Shown: positions 62,545 to 64,000 of the stretch, one piece after another | Numbering within the stretch: position 1 is the first letter of the stretch | Layout of the letters: every line of letters begins with the position of its first letter | NCBI RefSeq assembly: GCF_044704955.1 | Contig: NC_091999.1 | Location: forward strand, 58,094,001-58,158,000 | DNA length: 64,000 bases | Source of the DNA: Pristiophorus japonicus | Taxonomy: Eukaryota | Reading direction: 5' to 3' | Program-made: the position numbers and the translations under genes | The notes under the pieces: model-generated | The model's input: only the letters and a program-made list of their open reading frames with translations | Databases searched by the model: none | Told to the model about the DNA's origin: nothing

Positions 62545-64000
62545 TAAAAACATAGAAAATTGGTGCAGGAGTAGGCCATTCGGTCTTCTTGCCAACACCG
62601 CCTTTCAATGAGTTCATGGCTGAACATGCAACCTCAGTACCCGATTCCTGCTTTCTCGCCATTCCCCTTGATCCTCCTAGTAGTCAGGACTTCATCGAAC
62701 TCCTTGTGAATATATTTAGTGAATTGGCCTCAACAACTTTCTGTGGTCGAGAATTCCACAGGTTCACCACTCCCTGGGTGAAGAAGTTTCTCCTCATCTC
62801 AATGGCTTACCCTTTATCCTACGACTGTGACCCCTGGTTCTGGACCTCCCCAACATTGGGAACATTCTTCCTGCATCTAAACTGTCTGAACCCATCAGAA
62901 TTTTAAACGTTTCTATGAGGTCCCCTCTCATTCTTCTGAACTCCAGTGAATACAAGCCCAGTTATTCCAGTCTCTCTTGATAGGTCAGTCCCGAAATCCC
63001 AGGAATCAGTCTGGTGAACCTTCGCTGCACTCCCTCAATAGCAAGAATGTCCTTCCTCAAGTTAGGAGACCAAGACTGTACACAATACTCTAGGTGTGGC
63101 CTCACCAAGGCCCTGTACAACTGTACCAACACCTCCCTGCCCCTGTACTCCAATCCCCTCGCTATGAAGGCCAACATGCCATTTGCTTTCTTAACCGCCT
63201 GCTGCACCTGCATGCCAACCTTCAATGACTGATGTACCATGACACCCAGATCTCGTTGCACCTCCCCTTTTCCTAATCTGTCACCATTCAGATAATAGTA
63301 TGTCTCTCTGTTTTTACCACCAAAGTTCATAACCTCACATTTATCCACATTATACTTCATCTGCCATGCATTTGCCCACTCACCTAACCTATCCAAGTCA
63401 CTCTGCAGCCTCATAGCATCCTCCTCGCAGCTCACACTGCCACCCAACTTAGTGTCATCCGCAAATTTGGAGATACTACATTTAATCCCCTCGTCTAAAT
63501 CATTAATGTATAATGTAAACAGCTGGGACCCCAGCAAAGAACCTTGCGGTACCCCACTAGTCACTGCCTGCCATTCTGAAAAGTACCCATTTAGTCCTAC
63601 TCTTTGCTTCCTGTCTGACAACCAGTTCTCAATCCATGTCAGCACACTACTCCCAATCCCATGTGCTTTAACTTTGCACATTAATCTCTTGTGTGGGACC
63701 TTGTCCAAAGCCTTCTGAAAGTCCAATTATACCACATCAACTGGTTCTCCCTTGTTCACTCTACTGGAAACATCCTCAAATAATTCCAGAAGATTTTTCA
63801 AGCTTGATTTCGCTTTCACAAATCCATGCTGACTTGGACCAATCATGTCACCTCTTTCCAAATGCGCTGCTATGAAATCCTTAATAATTGATTCCATTAA
63901 TTTACTAACTACTGAGGTCAGGCTGACCGGTCTATAATTCCCTGTTTTATCTCTCCCTCCTTTTTTAAAAAGTGGGGTTACATTGGCTGCCCTCCACTCG
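62545..64000 (-). mobile_element. CR1 LINE (RT domain and 3' UTR), runs off window end
   Basis: ORF 62962-63726: DFQKALDKVPH, SGVPQGSLLG, SKFADDTKL, RPHLEYCVQ; 3' tail TTTCTATGTT at ~62548-62558. Confidence 0.95.

Overview
Repeat-dominated vertebrate DNA, most likely a cartilaginous fish (inferred from a DeuSINE/SacSINE-like SINE, CR1/RTE/Tx1/L2 LINEs and a 67-bp minisatellite). I see no intact host protein-coding gene. Layout: (i) Block A (1-~8200) holds a decayed Mag-clade Ty3/Gypsy element with both LTRs and a TAACC TSD, RTE and Tx1 LINE pieces nested in the 67-bp minisatellite, and a CpG-island promoter-like region containing 4.6 copies of a 54-bp unit. (ii) Block B (~8.9-11.9 kb) is a CR1 mosaic. 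(iii) A 200-N gap follows. (iv) A ~26-kb array of ~480 copies of the same 54-bp unit has multi-kb higher-order duplications. It runs into an inverted paralog of block A (38.1-46.1 kb), so one paralog has ~5 units where the other has at least 480. (v) A direct paralog of block B lies at 47.8-50.8 kb. (vi) The 3' end of an endogenous retrovirus (LTR, PPT, small hydrophobic ORFs, env remnant with paramyxovirus-F-like Cys spacing and a heptad+TM end) lies at 51.3-53.3 kb. (vii) Four tandem ~2-kb units carry tRNA-Asp, tRNA-Ser, a SINE and tRNA-Leu, mostly pseudogenised. (viii) A CR1 LINE runs off the end. The very long ORFs in the ORF track come from the stop-free satellite unit. All comparisons were made by eye; no database searches were run.
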